Assembly: GCA_003345545.1 (NCBI GenBank)
Contig: PRDH01000017.1
Location: forward strand, 1 to 64,000
Source of the DNA: Candidatus Thorarchaeota archaeon
GTDB lineage: Archaea; Asgardarchaeota; Thorarchaeia; Thorarchaeales; Thorarchaeaceae
DNA: 64,000 nt
Reading direction: 5' to 3'
The position numbers and the translations under genes were made by a program. Numbering within the stretch: the first letter of the stretch is position 1; the number at the start of each line of letters is the position of its first letter. Below are positions 19,637 through 29,085 of this stretch, piece after piece. The notes below the pieces were generated by a model, which was not told the DNA's origin, did not search any database, and saw only the letters and a program-made list of their open reading frames with translations.

Positions 19637-21874
19637 TTGGAAGATAGAATCAGAAGTCTGGCATGGTCAATGCTCTGTGATGTTCGCGATCATGCCGCTC
19701 TAGATTCCTCACACAAGTCAAGAGTTCAGATTGATCCAGTACGTCTTGCAGCGCTGAATTGGATTGTCACCTATCGCTTTGGCAATGACTATCTAGGTCT
19801 CAATGAGGACCAGTTGCTGTTCTCTGAGCTCTCCTACGAGAGTGAGAAACGCGGAGCAGCTAGGAAAGAAGTGGGAGAACTTGCTCGGTCAATAATTGAG
19901 GGGCTGAAACTGGAGCAATACGACAGGATTAAGAGAATCCCTCTAAATGACTTCATTGAGCTCCTAGGGCGAATTCACGCTCTAGGTTCATATCAATTAC
20001 CTCCCACCATACAGCAGGCTTCGTTTCAGAAACCTCTTGGTGCTTTCTACACACCTCAATCTCTTGCAGATTATATTGTACGGCTCACACTGGGACCGAG
20101 ACTGCGAGAGCATGTTCGTTATGTCAGAAAGAAAGGCATCTCTGCATTCAGAAGTCTTGCCTCCCTGCTTACGGTAGATCCTGCCTGTGGCTCTGGCGTG
20201 TTCCTTGTCTCAGCACTGCGGGCAATGAAGCAGGCATTACATGATGCCACTCAAGTCCTCGAGCGCATAGGCATTTCAAAGGATGAAATCGATGACTCAC
20301 TTACGGATGGCTCTCCACGAATCTATGGGGTGGACCTAGATGCGGGAGCATTGGAGGTTGCTGATGTATCACTGCGCATCGTGGAAAGCTCAGGGTCTCC
20401 GACATTCGGAAGCAGTCACATTGGTTCGACTCTGAAGAGAGGGAATTCCCTTATTTCGCTTAACGGTATTTCAGATATATCCAATCACCGATGTTTCTTC
20501 CGCAATCCAGATGGAAGGACTCCATTTGAATGGCGAAACGCATTCAAGGAGGTGTTTTGCCCGGAGCAGGGGGGCTTTGACTTCGTTGTGATGAATCCGC
20601 CCTACGAACGCCTAAAGCCAAACTTGGCAGAGTTCATGAGAGAGCAGTTGCTGAGTGGCGAGAGGGAGATTCATGCGAGTAGGTTTGAGGAATACAAGGC
20701 TGATATCCGCGAGAGTTCAAGGTACTTCCGTGAATCGAAGGAATTCCATCTCGCGACGAGCTATTCCCTCAATACGTACCAACTCTTCATCGAGCGAGCA
20801 TTGCAGATCATAAAGACAAATGGCAATATCGGATTCATCGTACCATCAAACATCTTGTCTGATATTTCAACGGCGCGCCTTAGGCAGGAGCTTCTTCTTC
20901 GAAATGTCGTGAACGTTATTGATGAGTTCCCGGAGGCATCGAGGCTTTTCACTGGTGTGACACAGTCGGTGTCTATAATCAGTCTGACGAAAGGAGGTCG
21001 CACGGGCATCTTTGAGATTGGTCTGAATCGAACTGGCGTGAACGATGCTTCCAGACGTGGGAGGCACAAAGTCAATCTCTGGCGGATTCTCCAGACCATG
21101 GGTCAGTCACTTGTCATACCCCGTGTAGATGCGCTCGGTCTCGCATACTTGGAGATAATGCACAGACAGCCATCTCTCTCATCACTAGGCTGGATTCTGG
21201 CGAGGCGCGGTGAATTAGACCTCACTCTGAACAAGACGTATATTTCCTCTGATGAATCAGACGCAAGGCTGATCAGAGGATCTCATATCAGACGTTTCCA
21301 TCTCACAGAGGCCGTGCGCGCTCCGGAATTCGTTGACTTGGAATCATTTCGAAGGACTCTCAATGCATCGGAGCGGTCAGAACATGTCTCGATGAAGCGA
21401 ATCATCTGCCAGCAGATCTCAAACATGGGACAGAGATGGAGACTGAAATTTGCTCCAGTTGAACCTCTCACGATTCTTTCCAACTCGTGCAACTATCTAG
21501 TGGATATGCATCCTGATTCGTCTAGATACTTAGATTTTCTTCTGGGAATCCTGAACTCAGAGCTTCTTAACTGGAGATTCCAGATTGCGAGCTCGAATAA
21601 TCACGTGTCTATTCGTGAACTTCAGAGTCTACCTATATCGCAGCCTTCAAGCGGGCAGAGCAAATTGGAACAAACAGTGGTCAGGGAGGTTCAGAAGCTC
21701 AAGGCTGGAACCCGTGATTTTTCGGCTCCGCTGGATGCGTCAACCTTTGCGCTCTATGGACTAGGGGTGAAAGAGGCTAATGGAATTCTCACCCTGCGAA
21801 AGACTCCTGAGAATCAAAGCGATGAAATCCTTGATGAGCTGTCGAAGATGGAGGGAGAAAGTCTTTCAGGATAG
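19637..21874 (+). CDS. N6-adenine DNA methyltransferase (gamma class) with TaqI-like C-terminal specificity domain, Alw26I/Eco31I-like
   Basis: GAFYTP, DPACGSG.FL (motif I), NPPY (motif IV), RGELDLT, CQQISNM...RLKF, NSCNY, LNS.LLNWRF...SSNNHV. Confidence 0.85.
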   Translation: MEDRIRSLAWSMLCDVRDHAALDSSHKSRVQIDPVRLAALNWIVTYRFGNDYLGLNEDQLLFSELSYESEKRGAARKEVGELARSIIEGLKLEQYDRIKRIPLNDFIELLGRIHALGSYQLPPTIQQASFQKPLGAFYTPQSLADYIVRLTLGPRLREHVRYVRKKGISAFRSLASLLTVDPACGSGVFLVSALRAMKQALHDATQVLERIGISKDEIDDSLTDGSPRIYGVDLDAGALEVADVSLRIVESSGSPTFGSSHIGSTLKRGNSLISLNGISDISNHRCFFRNPDGRTPFEWRNAFKEVFCPEQGGFDFVVMNPPYERLKPNLAEFMREQLLSGEREIHASRFEEYKADIRESSRYFRESKEFHLATSYSLNTYQLFIERALQIIKTNGNIGFIVPSNILSDISTARLRQELLLRNVVNVIDEFPEASRLFTGVTQSVSIISLTKGGRTGIFEIGLNRTGVNDASRRGRHKVNLWRILQTMGQSLVIPRVDALGLAYLEIMHRQPSLSSLGWILARRGELDLTLNKTYISSDESDARLIRGSHIRRFHLTEAVRAPEFVDLESFRRTLNASERSEHVSMKRIICQQISNMGQRWRLKFAPVEPLTILSNSCNYLVDMHPDSSRYLDFLLGILNSELLNWRFQIASSNNHVSIRELQSLPISQPSSGQSKLEQTVVREVQKLKAGTRDFSAPLDASTFALYGLGVKEANGILTLRKTPENQSDEILDELSKMEGESLSG

Positions 21875-21877
21875 AGG

Positions 21878-23128
21878 GTGGCTCTTGTTCTCGTGAATTC
21901 CGTTTCAGCTAATGCAGAGGCGCCTGAACAGGATGTTGACAACATGCTGTACAATCATACATGTGCGACGCTAAGCGAACTTGACATGGAGATTGTCCGC
22001 TCAGTTCCATCAGGTGGCAATTGGAGGAATCTGCCTGAGGCGACAATTGCAAAGTCAGCAAGACTCACTCAAATCTACAATTCAGGCGGTCGCACAACAT
22101 ATTATGGCCGCCTGAGCGGTGAACTCCCGAGCTACACGATTAACACATACTTCAATCGACCAGGAAACGGCACCTTCATACACCCAACTCAGAACCGCCT
22201 AATCTCTATGCGGGAGGCGGCGCGATTGCAGTCCTTTCCTGATAGATACCGATTTCTCGGTAGCTTCAGTTCTCGGTTCAAACAGATTGGTAACGCTGTT
22301 CCTCCTCTTCTTGGCAAGGTACTTGGAGATGGACTCAAGTGCGGTTTCTATGTTGACTTGTTTTGTGGGGCAGGAGGTCTATCCGAAGGACTGAGGCAGG
22401 CAGGTCATCGAGTTCTCGTAGCGACGGACCTCAACCGCCACATGTGCGAAACGTATCGATTGAATCACGAGAACGCCACAGTTGTTCAAGCCAATGTTCT
22501 CAATGAGGCAGACACGGACAATCTCATTGATACTATTGAATCAAAGCTCAAGGGACGGACGCTGAATCTACTGGCTGGTGGCCCGCCGTGCCAAGGATTC
22601 TCAACTGCTGGTAAACGGTCACCTTCGGATGTTCGCAATTCCTTGATCTTCAGGACCTTAGTCTTCATCCACAAACTGCGTCCCGAGAATGTCCTTATCG
22701 AGAATGTTCCAGGGATTCGATGGATACGTCAAGGTCGATTGTTGAAGACTATGCTTGATGCACTAACGAGAGAAGGCTATCATCACAGCACTTTGGTGTT
22801 GAAAGCAGAGGAGTACGGAGTGCCGCAGCGAAGAAGGCGTGTATTCATCATGGCGGCTCGTAATGGGGATTTGGCCGAGAAGCCCGATGCTCTATTCTCA
22901 TCGGTTGCGGACCCTAGTGCAAGAGGTGATACCATAACAGGGAGTCATTCTCTTCCACCACCGATTACAGTGTCTGAAGCTATACAGGATTTGCCTGAGA
23001 TTCCTTCTGGTGGCGGCGTGGATTCCATCGAATATGACCGCTCTAAGATACACTCAGACTATCAAAAATACATGAGAGGTCTTGTTTCCATTGACAATCT
23101 TATCGCGAGGAGAGCTGAACAAGCTTGA
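21878..23128 (+). CDS. Circularly permuted C5-cytosine DNA methyltransferase (M2.Eco31I-like)
   Basis: TRD and motifs IX-X (REAARLQSFPD, QIGNAVPP) precede motif I (DLFCGAGG), IV (GPPCQGFS), VI (ENV) and VIII (PQRRRR). Confidence 0.9.
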   Translation: MALVLVNSVSANAEAPEQDVDNMLYNHTCATLSELDMEIVRSVPSGGNWRNLPEATIAKSARLTQIYNSGGRTTYYGRLSGELPSYTINTYFNRPGNGTFIHPTQNRLISMREAARLQSFPDRYRFLGSFSSRFKQIGNAVPPLLGKVLGDGLKCGFYVDLFCGAGGLSEGLRQAGHRVLVATDLNRHMCETYRLNHENATVVQANVLNEADTDNLIDTIESKLKGRTLNLLAGGPPCQGFSTAGKRSPSDVRNSLIFRTLVFIHKLRPENVLIENVPGIRWIRQGRLLKTMLDALTREGYHHSTLVLKAEEYGVPQRRRRVFIMAARNGDLAEKPDALFSSVADPSARGDTITGSHSLPPPITVSEAIQDLPEIPSGGGVDSIEYDRSKIHSDYQKYMRGLVSIDNLIARRAEQA

Positions 23129-23147
23129 TTAGTGAAAAGACCTTCTG

Positions 23148-24890
23148 TTGGCAAGAACGGTGATACTGGGTGAGACTGGAGACCCGATGAGCTTGATTGC
23201 GAGAGCCATATTATACGATCTGCTTGGTTCAAAAGCACTGGCATCGCTGTCGTTCATTAAAGATGACATAACCGAGGACTTCATTGCTACTGTAGTGAAC
23301 GAGTACCATGCACTAATCCAGGAAGACGCAGCTCGAAGCTTCATAGTGACGGATGTACATGGTCGTCCTGCAAGTATTAGTAGAGTAAGTGATATGACTC
23401 TAGTCATCGCTGTGAGCGAGTCTGAAACATTCACAGATGAAGAGATAGCGCGGCTTCAGGAGTTTCAGAAAGTTGTTTCATCAGAGATTACCGTCAAATC
23501 AGTTCGCCACTTCAAGTATGAGTTCTCTGCTGTAGCAGATGCTCATCTTCGAACTCCCCTCGATATCTGCTTTGTGACTGCTGCTGAGCATTCTGACGAT
23601 AACAAGTCAGTGATTGCTGTAGAAAGCCTTCTTGAGATTAGGCAGCATACGGGTGAGCAGTTCTCAGAGGTGATGAAAATCGGTCCGTACGCGGTCCGGG
23701 CGACGCGGGCGATCTACCCCGAACTCGTCAAGGATACATGGCCCGATGTCATGAAATCCGTTGGGTTATTTGCATTGGTCATTTCAAAAGGTATGACAAA
23801 GAGCGATATGATTCGGGACGCCGTTTTCAAGATTCGCAAAGCATCAAGTGCGCGGATAATAGTGATTCCTGGTTCCGACGACGACCTTGAGGCTGCACGA
23901 GAGTTTGAGATTCAACATGGTGTTGATCTCTGTGATACAGTTTCTCCTAGACCCATCAATCTACTCCTCTCAGCTATGGCCTATGGCGGTTTCTGCGATA
24001 TGCAACCAGAGCTGGCACTGCAGAAATGGGAAATAGAATCTATGATTCGTGAGCCCAATGCCCCTCAAGAAGTACCCACTGCTGATGTGGGGCATAAGGC
24101 ATTCTTTGTTGTGGACCGCAGAACAGGGGAGGCTGTATACAGCTACTACTACGACGAGAGATCTGGGCTGTTGGAGGTGGCTCCGAACATCGTCGCAGCC
24201 ATATCCTCCTTCAAGATAGATCAAACGGGCCCTACTGAAACCTCTGTGTTCAGAACAGGTGACTTGAGCTACATCACAATTGAACGAAGCGACTATGTGT
24301 TCACGTTAATCACTGGGAGTGAGGCAAACGTAGAGGCTCTGAGATCCCGTTTCTCGTTCCTTCCAGACCTATTCCTCGACGAGATTCCTAAACCATCTGA
24401 AGATCCTACTGACCTCTTCAGGTCTCCTCTCTTCACAATCAAGTTGCTGGCTACTCTCCCCCCTGCTGTGCTGCCTGGGAGGGTGGCACCGACTCAAAAA
24501 CGGCCTCTAGTTTGGGAGCGATTTGAGCACGCGCCAGTGCGTGAATTCCTTGAAGCTGTTTGGTATCGACTGAATGGCACACTTACAATATCTAAATTGG
24601 CGCCAGGAAGAGGTCCGGAGTTGATTCTCGGCGCAATTCACCTTCTCAACCGGTTGGGCGCCATAGATTGCCAGCTGAGAGTACAGCCTGATGACATTCC
24701 CTCACTAGTGGTTATTCCCGATAAGGATGTGATGTCCCTCTATGAGGGTCTTAGTACTATCCTCGCGCTGGTTGATGGATCCCTTGGTATTCAAGATATT
24801 GCACACACCTTGGGACTGCAGCCCAGCGTCCTTCAGAAAGTCTTTGCTGAGCTACATAGGCGGGGAATAATCTCATTGACTGCGAAATGA
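23148..24890 (+). CDS. Longin-like / pseudo-GTPase / longin / 2x winged-helix protein (NPRL2-like C-terminal half)
   Basis: Colinear with the downstream GTPase protein but lacking G1, G3 and G4; AFFVVDRRTGEAVY longin start; NG/DG-capped wHTH repeats. By-eye alignment only. Confidence 0.6.
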   Translation: MARTVILGETGDPMSLIARAILYDLLGSKALASLSFIKDDITEDFIATVVNEYHALIQEDAARSFIVTDVHGRPASISRVSDMTLVIAVSESETFTDEEIARLQEFQKVVSSEITVKSVRHFKYEFSAVADAHLRTPLDICFVTAAEHSDDNKSVIAVESLLEIRQHTGEQFSEVMKIGPYAVRATRAIYPELVKDTWPDVMKSVGLFALVISKGMTKSDMIRDAVFKIRKASSARIIVIPGSDDDLEAAREFEIQHGVDLCDTVSPRPINLLLSAMAYGGFCDMQPELALQKWEIESMIREPNAPQEVPTADVGHKAFFVVDRRTGEAVYSYYYDERSGLLEVAPNIVAAISSFKIDQTGPTETSVFRTGDLSYITIERSDYVFTLITGSEANVEALRSRFSFLPDLFLDEIPKPSEDPTDLFRSPLFTIKLLATLPPAVLPGRVAPTQKRPLVWERFEHAPVREFLEAVWYRLNGTLTISKLAPGRGPELILGAIHLLNRLGAIDCQLRVQPDDIPSLVVIPDKDVMSLYEGLSTILALVDGSLGIQDIAHTLGLQPSVLQKVFAELHRRGIISLTAK

Positions 24891-24973
24891 TGTCATAGCA
24901 AGCTTGAAACGGGCAAGAAATACAGATAACATCTAAAACTAGGACAATCTTAGACAGAGAACGTGAAAAGTCG

Positions 24974-26923
24974 ATGATACACAACGTCTTGCTCATAGGA
25001 AAAGAAGATGGCAACGTTGTAGTGAGAACCAGGTTCTGGAAAATCGACTTTGTGGATAAGGATATCACTGACTTCCTGGCTGGCTATCGGGACCTCTTCG
25101 GGACACAAGGTCTCGCCCAGGACACTCCTGTCTTCGTAGCTGAGAAGCATAAAGTCTTCCATGCCGAGGTTGACGGAGACATGCTCCTGCTTTTTGTCAC
25201 CGACGGCCGTGATGAAGATCGGGCCATTCAGTACAGAGTCAGAGAAGGAGCATCCCGAGTTTCCACAGCCCTCCGTGGAAACAGCATTGGTTACATCCGT
25301 GATAATCTCGATGACATACTAGGCGAATTGATATTCACACGGTTCAAGGTCAGCTTCGTCGGAAGCGGTGGTGTCGGTAAGAGCACTCTCCTGCGGCTCC
25401 TCTTCGGCAAGGAGCCAGCGCCGGGAGGGTACGTACCAACCATCAATGTTGCTGTGGACTCCTCAGAAACCATACAATTCGGTACTTTTCTCGTGACCGT
25501 CTGGGACTTCGCAGGACAGGCAGTCTTTCAAGATTTATGGAGCTTCTACTTCTCTGGGACCGATGTTATCTTTCTGGTCACCGACTCAAGTTTCAGGAAC
25601 GTGATGCAGACCAAGTCCCTTCTTCGCACCATCAGGAAGGAAGCCCCTGCAGTGCCTCTCTTCATCCTGGCAAACAAGCAAGACCTTCCCGAGTCCATGA
25701 AAGCTGAGAAGATCAAGCGTCTTCTGGGCGCTCCCACATTCCCTATGATTGCCACGGACAAGTCTCGTCGCGAAGAATTCATTCGTATGATGCTAGAGGT
25801 TGCTGCTAAGACCGTTGGTGTGACGCTACCCGATCTGCCTATCAGTGAGATGATTACTGTTAGGAGAGGAACTGAGGAGATGGACCAGCCTGGAGCAGCG
25901 GCAAAGAAAGCCAAAGAGGGCGAAACCGGTTTTCAAGATGTGCCTTACGATGAAGCAGTCTCTTCGCTTGGCAAAGTAGCATCCGATGATTCGCCAACTA
26001 TGGATGCAGAGGCTGTAGGTCCCAAAACGACCACTGAGGTAGTCGCAGGTCAGAAGACCCCTGTTCGACCTGCTTCTGACCGCTCGAGGATACTGCACCT
26101 CTTAGCCATTGTTCCAACTGACGGTGTTCCTGATGTAGTCACTCATGTGAGTTATGCCGATGAAGTCATTGATGAGAACGCAGTTGCTTCTCTCATATCT
26201 GCACTCGACTCATTTGGAGGAATTGACGCACAATCAAGTGACGGCACTAGTGGTACTAATGCACTTGAAACGATTGAGCACGAAGGTAATCTCGTAATGG
26301 TCGAGAAGTCCACGCACTTCGTGATGGCGCTTATTGTGACAAATGACAGCCAGGAGGATGAGCAGAGAGGAGTCCTGAACTCAATACTAGTGGATCTCGA
26401 GCAGAAGTATCAGAATGTCTGGGCAACATGGAACGGCAGTACTTCGATATTCGAGCCCTCGATCTTTGACATTCTCGCGAAAGTTCCACTCAGACCGATC
26501 AGTCTTGACTACCTATTGAGAGCTAGGGAGGCTGGAAGACCTCTACCATTCAGCAATCGAGAGGTAGGTACAGCGATTGTGGAGGTTCAGTCCGCCATAG
26601 CGCAGAATGATACTATTGGTGGTCTAGTGCGGAGTCTCAATTTGCCCCGTGAGATAGTCCTTGGCTGTCTGCAGATACTGAATCGCTATGGATGGGTCGA
26701 TTTCAAGGTTGAAATTGGACCAACAAGCGTTCTGAAGAAAGTTGGAGTTGTCAGCGAGGAGACCGAGAAGGCCTACGGGCAAGCTGTGATCAAGTTTGTC
26801 GACTTCTGTGATGGTCAAACATCAATGGAGGACGTAGTCCGCAAGATTAACGTGAGCATGCAGGCCATGAAATTCGTGGCAACGAAGCTTGTTCTCGACG
26901 GCGTTCTTGAAATCGTGGCCTAG
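24974..26923 (+). CDS. Longin / Arf-like small GTPase / longin / 2x winged-helix protein
   Basis: G1 GSGGVGKS, G2 YVPT, G3 WDFAGQ, G4 NKQD; MIHNVLLIGKEDG longin start; second longin (LISALDSF...IEHEGNLVMVEK...MALIV); terminal DG.TS..DV wHTH. Confidence 0.85.
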   Translation: MIHNVLLIGKEDGNVVVRTRFWKIDFVDKDITDFLAGYRDLFGTQGLAQDTPVFVAEKHKVFHAEVDGDMLLLFVTDGRDEDRAIQYRVREGASRVSTALRGNSIGYIRDNLDDILGELIFTRFKVSFVGSGGVGKSTLLRLLFGKEPAPGGYVPTINVAVDSSETIQFGTFLVTVWDFAGQAVFQDLWSFYFSGTDVIFLVTDSSFRNVMQTKSLLRTIRKEAPAVPLFILANKQDLPESMKAEKIKRLLGAPTFPMIATDKSRREEFIRMMLEVAAKTVGVTLPDLPISEMITVRRGTEEMDQPGAAAKKAKEGETGFQDVPYDEAVSSLGKVASDDSPTMDAEAVGPKTTTEVVAGQKTPVRPASDRSRILHLLAIVPTDGVPDVVTHVSYADEVIDENAVASLISALDSFGGIDAQSSDGTSGTNALETIEHEGNLVMVEKSTHFVMALIVTNDSQEDEQRGVLNSILVDLEQKYQNVWATWNGSTSIFEPSIFDILAKVPLRPISLDYLLRAREAGRPLPFSNREVGTAIVEVQSAIAQNDTIGGLVRSLNLPREIVLGCLQILNRYGWVDFKVEIGPTSVLKKVGVVSEETEKAYGQAVIKFVDFCDGQTSMEDVVRKINVSMQAMKFVATKLVLDGVLEIVA

Positions 26924-29058
26924 ATTGATATGGTTATTCTCTCTTTATAGCTTGGTATCATGACGCCCTTTGGCTGGCTGAAGACTGGTGTGTGCACCAT
27001 TATCCGCTTTCCTGTGCATGAGTTGACGTATCTCTCAAGGTTGGACGATGAAGAATGCGCGCTTAGCCGAGCATATTCAACGGCACATTCATGAGGTTCA
27101 TAACCGTGAAGAAGATTCCATCCTGAAGTTCTGGGAGCTAGGTACCCGCAGAGAATTACTGCTGCCTTCGGATTGTTTCTCTGTTCATTGAAGTGCTGCC
27201 TTGCAAGGCCGCCGCTCATCATGCCTCCCCCCGCCACAAGTACATCATCCTCTTCAAGATGTGTCCTGTTCTTCTTCATGCTCTCCCAGCTGCCTGTGAC
27301 ACCGACGAGCTTCGTCACCCGCTCGGCCATCCCCGTAACCATGACATTTCGGTTCTTCGTTATGCCAAGTTCCTCTAAGATCAATAGAATTTCCTGCGAG
27401 CGTCCCACGGCGAAGCTCGGTACTATTACTGGTCCGTGAGTGGCGACTGTCTTGCTGATTTGTTCTGTTACCTTGGCTCTATCAAAATCCTCTCTTCCCC
27501 AGTAGGTGCCATCATAGATGACGTACCGTGCATCAGTAGGTATGTTTGCTCCAGGGAATAGTATTGACTTGTCAAGATTAAAGTCACCAGTATAAAGAAT
27601 CTTGACGCCTTCAATGTCTATTGCATAGACTGCGCTTCCGGGTATATGACATGCATCGATTGGTGTGACAACTATGCCCGAAGCGACCTCACTACTCTGC
27701 CCGTATTCCAGTTTCACATGGTTCTTTGCGACCTTCTGTATGTTCTCTTCATTGTAGCGTGAGATGAGGTCGAACTCGTCATACTTGCGAGGAGGGAATG
27801 GAGTTCCAACCTTCAGGGCATCGTCAAGCAGAACCGTGGTGACTGCTCCTGTTGGACCAACAGAGCACCACTTCCCTGTGAACTCCTCATAGAGAACTGG
27901 TAGACCTCCAACATGATCCAAATGTGAGTGGCTGATAAGAACGGTATCTATCATGTCCATCTCCGGAATCCATTCAGGGATCCTGTGATTCGCTACAGAG
28001 AGACCGTAGTCTAGCAGAATGCCGCCTGTGTCTGTCTTTATCAGAATGCCGCTTCTGCCAATCCTATGCCCTCCGAGGAATATGATCTCAATGTGCTTGA
28101 TTTTCGTGGAATAGGCAACCGATGGCAGAAGGTCCATTCGAAGCTTCTGCGGTATCATCTCAAAGATAATTGGATCTACTACTTCGCCAGGCGGAGGTCG
28201 AGCGAGCTCCTGAAGTCTTACAGGTAGGACTGTCTGCTTGTTCGTTCTGAACTGCTCTCTCACGAATATCTTCGATATGGTCTTGACGGAATCTTCGACA
28301 GTCATGCCTGATTTAATCTCAGTCTGCCCTTGCCTATACACTTCCTCTTTCTTTATCTTGAGAAGACTTAGTAGGACAGCATCAGGCGCCCACTCTCTCA
28401 TCGATTCAAACGCGTCAAAAAATGACCTGTTCAGCACAGCCTCGCTGAGATACTGCGGATGACGCGCAACGGCATTCACCAGACGATACTCCTCTGACTC
28501 AACGATAGGCTGTAGGTCTATCCCTAGTTTATTACCGGCGTCTATGAACGAAGTCGTGCCAAAAAGAGGAGCTCCGAGAAACTGAATCCAGTGCCGTATC
28601 TCGGTTAGGAGACTATGAGCATCGTCATTATTGATTGCTGCAAGGAGGACTAACGCCCTACGCAGCCATTCCTCTATGCTCGTTTGATTTCTTACATATC
28701 GCAGTGATTGCCTGTACAAGAAGCGGAAATCCTCTTCATTGTAGTTGCCGAAAATGAGGCCGTATGTGCAGAGAGTCATTGACTCGATGTAGTCTGATGC
28801 ACTTGCTTCTTCCTTCACATCCCTGAATACGTCGAGTAGGACCTCGTTGGCTGTTTTCGCAATCTGAAGAGATGATGTGTCCTGATTTTTGGATTTGGCA
28901 AGCTCAAACGCTATGAATTCTCGAGACTCTCCAAAGAACCCCTCGCCTTCAGGCACCTTCTTGCCTGTCAGAACCTCTTTCAAATCCGCTTCTGCTTGGT
29001 GAAGCATTCTCTTGATTTCTTCATGCTTCGTTTCTAGGGGTTCTTTCAAATCCTTCAC
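26920..29058 (-). CDS. beta-CASP metallo-beta-lactamase-fold ribonuclease with ~320-aa N-terminal extension
   Basis: LGG..IGRS, LDYG, SHSHLDH, HIPGS, YTGD, DGTY, PSFAVGRSQE, SAHS, VH. Confidence 0.85.
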   Translation of the reverse strand: MKDLKEPLETKHEEIKRMLHQAEADLKEVLTGKKVPEGEGFFGESREFIAFELAKSKNQDTSSLQIAKTANEVLLDVFRDVKEEASASDYIESMTLCTYGLIFGNYNEEDFRFLYRQSLRYVRNQTSIEEWLRRALVLLAAINNDDAHSLLTEIRHWIQFLGAPLFGTTSFIDAGNKLGIDLQPIVESEEYRLVNAVARHPQYLSEAVLNRSFFDAFESMREWAPDAVLLSLLKIKKEEVYRQGQTEIKSGMTVEDSVKTISKIFVREQFRTNKQTVLPVRLQELARPPPGEVVDPIIFEMIPQKLRMDLLPSVAYSTKIKHIEIIFLGGHRIGRSGILIKTDTGGILLDYGLSVANHRIPEWIPEMDMIDTVLISHSHLDHVGGLPVLYEEFTGKWCSVGPTGAVTTVLLDDALKVGTPFPPRKYDEFDLISRYNEENIQKVAKNHVKLEYGQSSEVASGIVVTPIDACHIPGSAVYAIDIEGVKILYTGDFNLDKSILFPGANIPTDARYVIYDGTYWGREDFDRAKVTEQISKTVATHGPVIVPSFAVGRSQEILLILEELGITKNRNVMVTGMAERVTKLVGVTGSWESMKKNRTHLEEDDVLVAGGGMMSGGLARQHFNEQRNNPKAAVILCGYLAPRTSGWNLLHGYEPHECAVEYARLSAHSSSSNLERYVNSCTGKRIMVHTPVFSQPKGVMIPSYKERITISI

Positions 29059-29085
29059 TCCACATTCTAATTCGAACTCCTCTAC

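Noticed and set aside
24974-26923. Calling the GTPase a true Rag/Gtr orthologue
   Set aside because: NKQD and the PT motif are Arf-like; Rag proteins have HKxD and a C-terminal roadblock domain.
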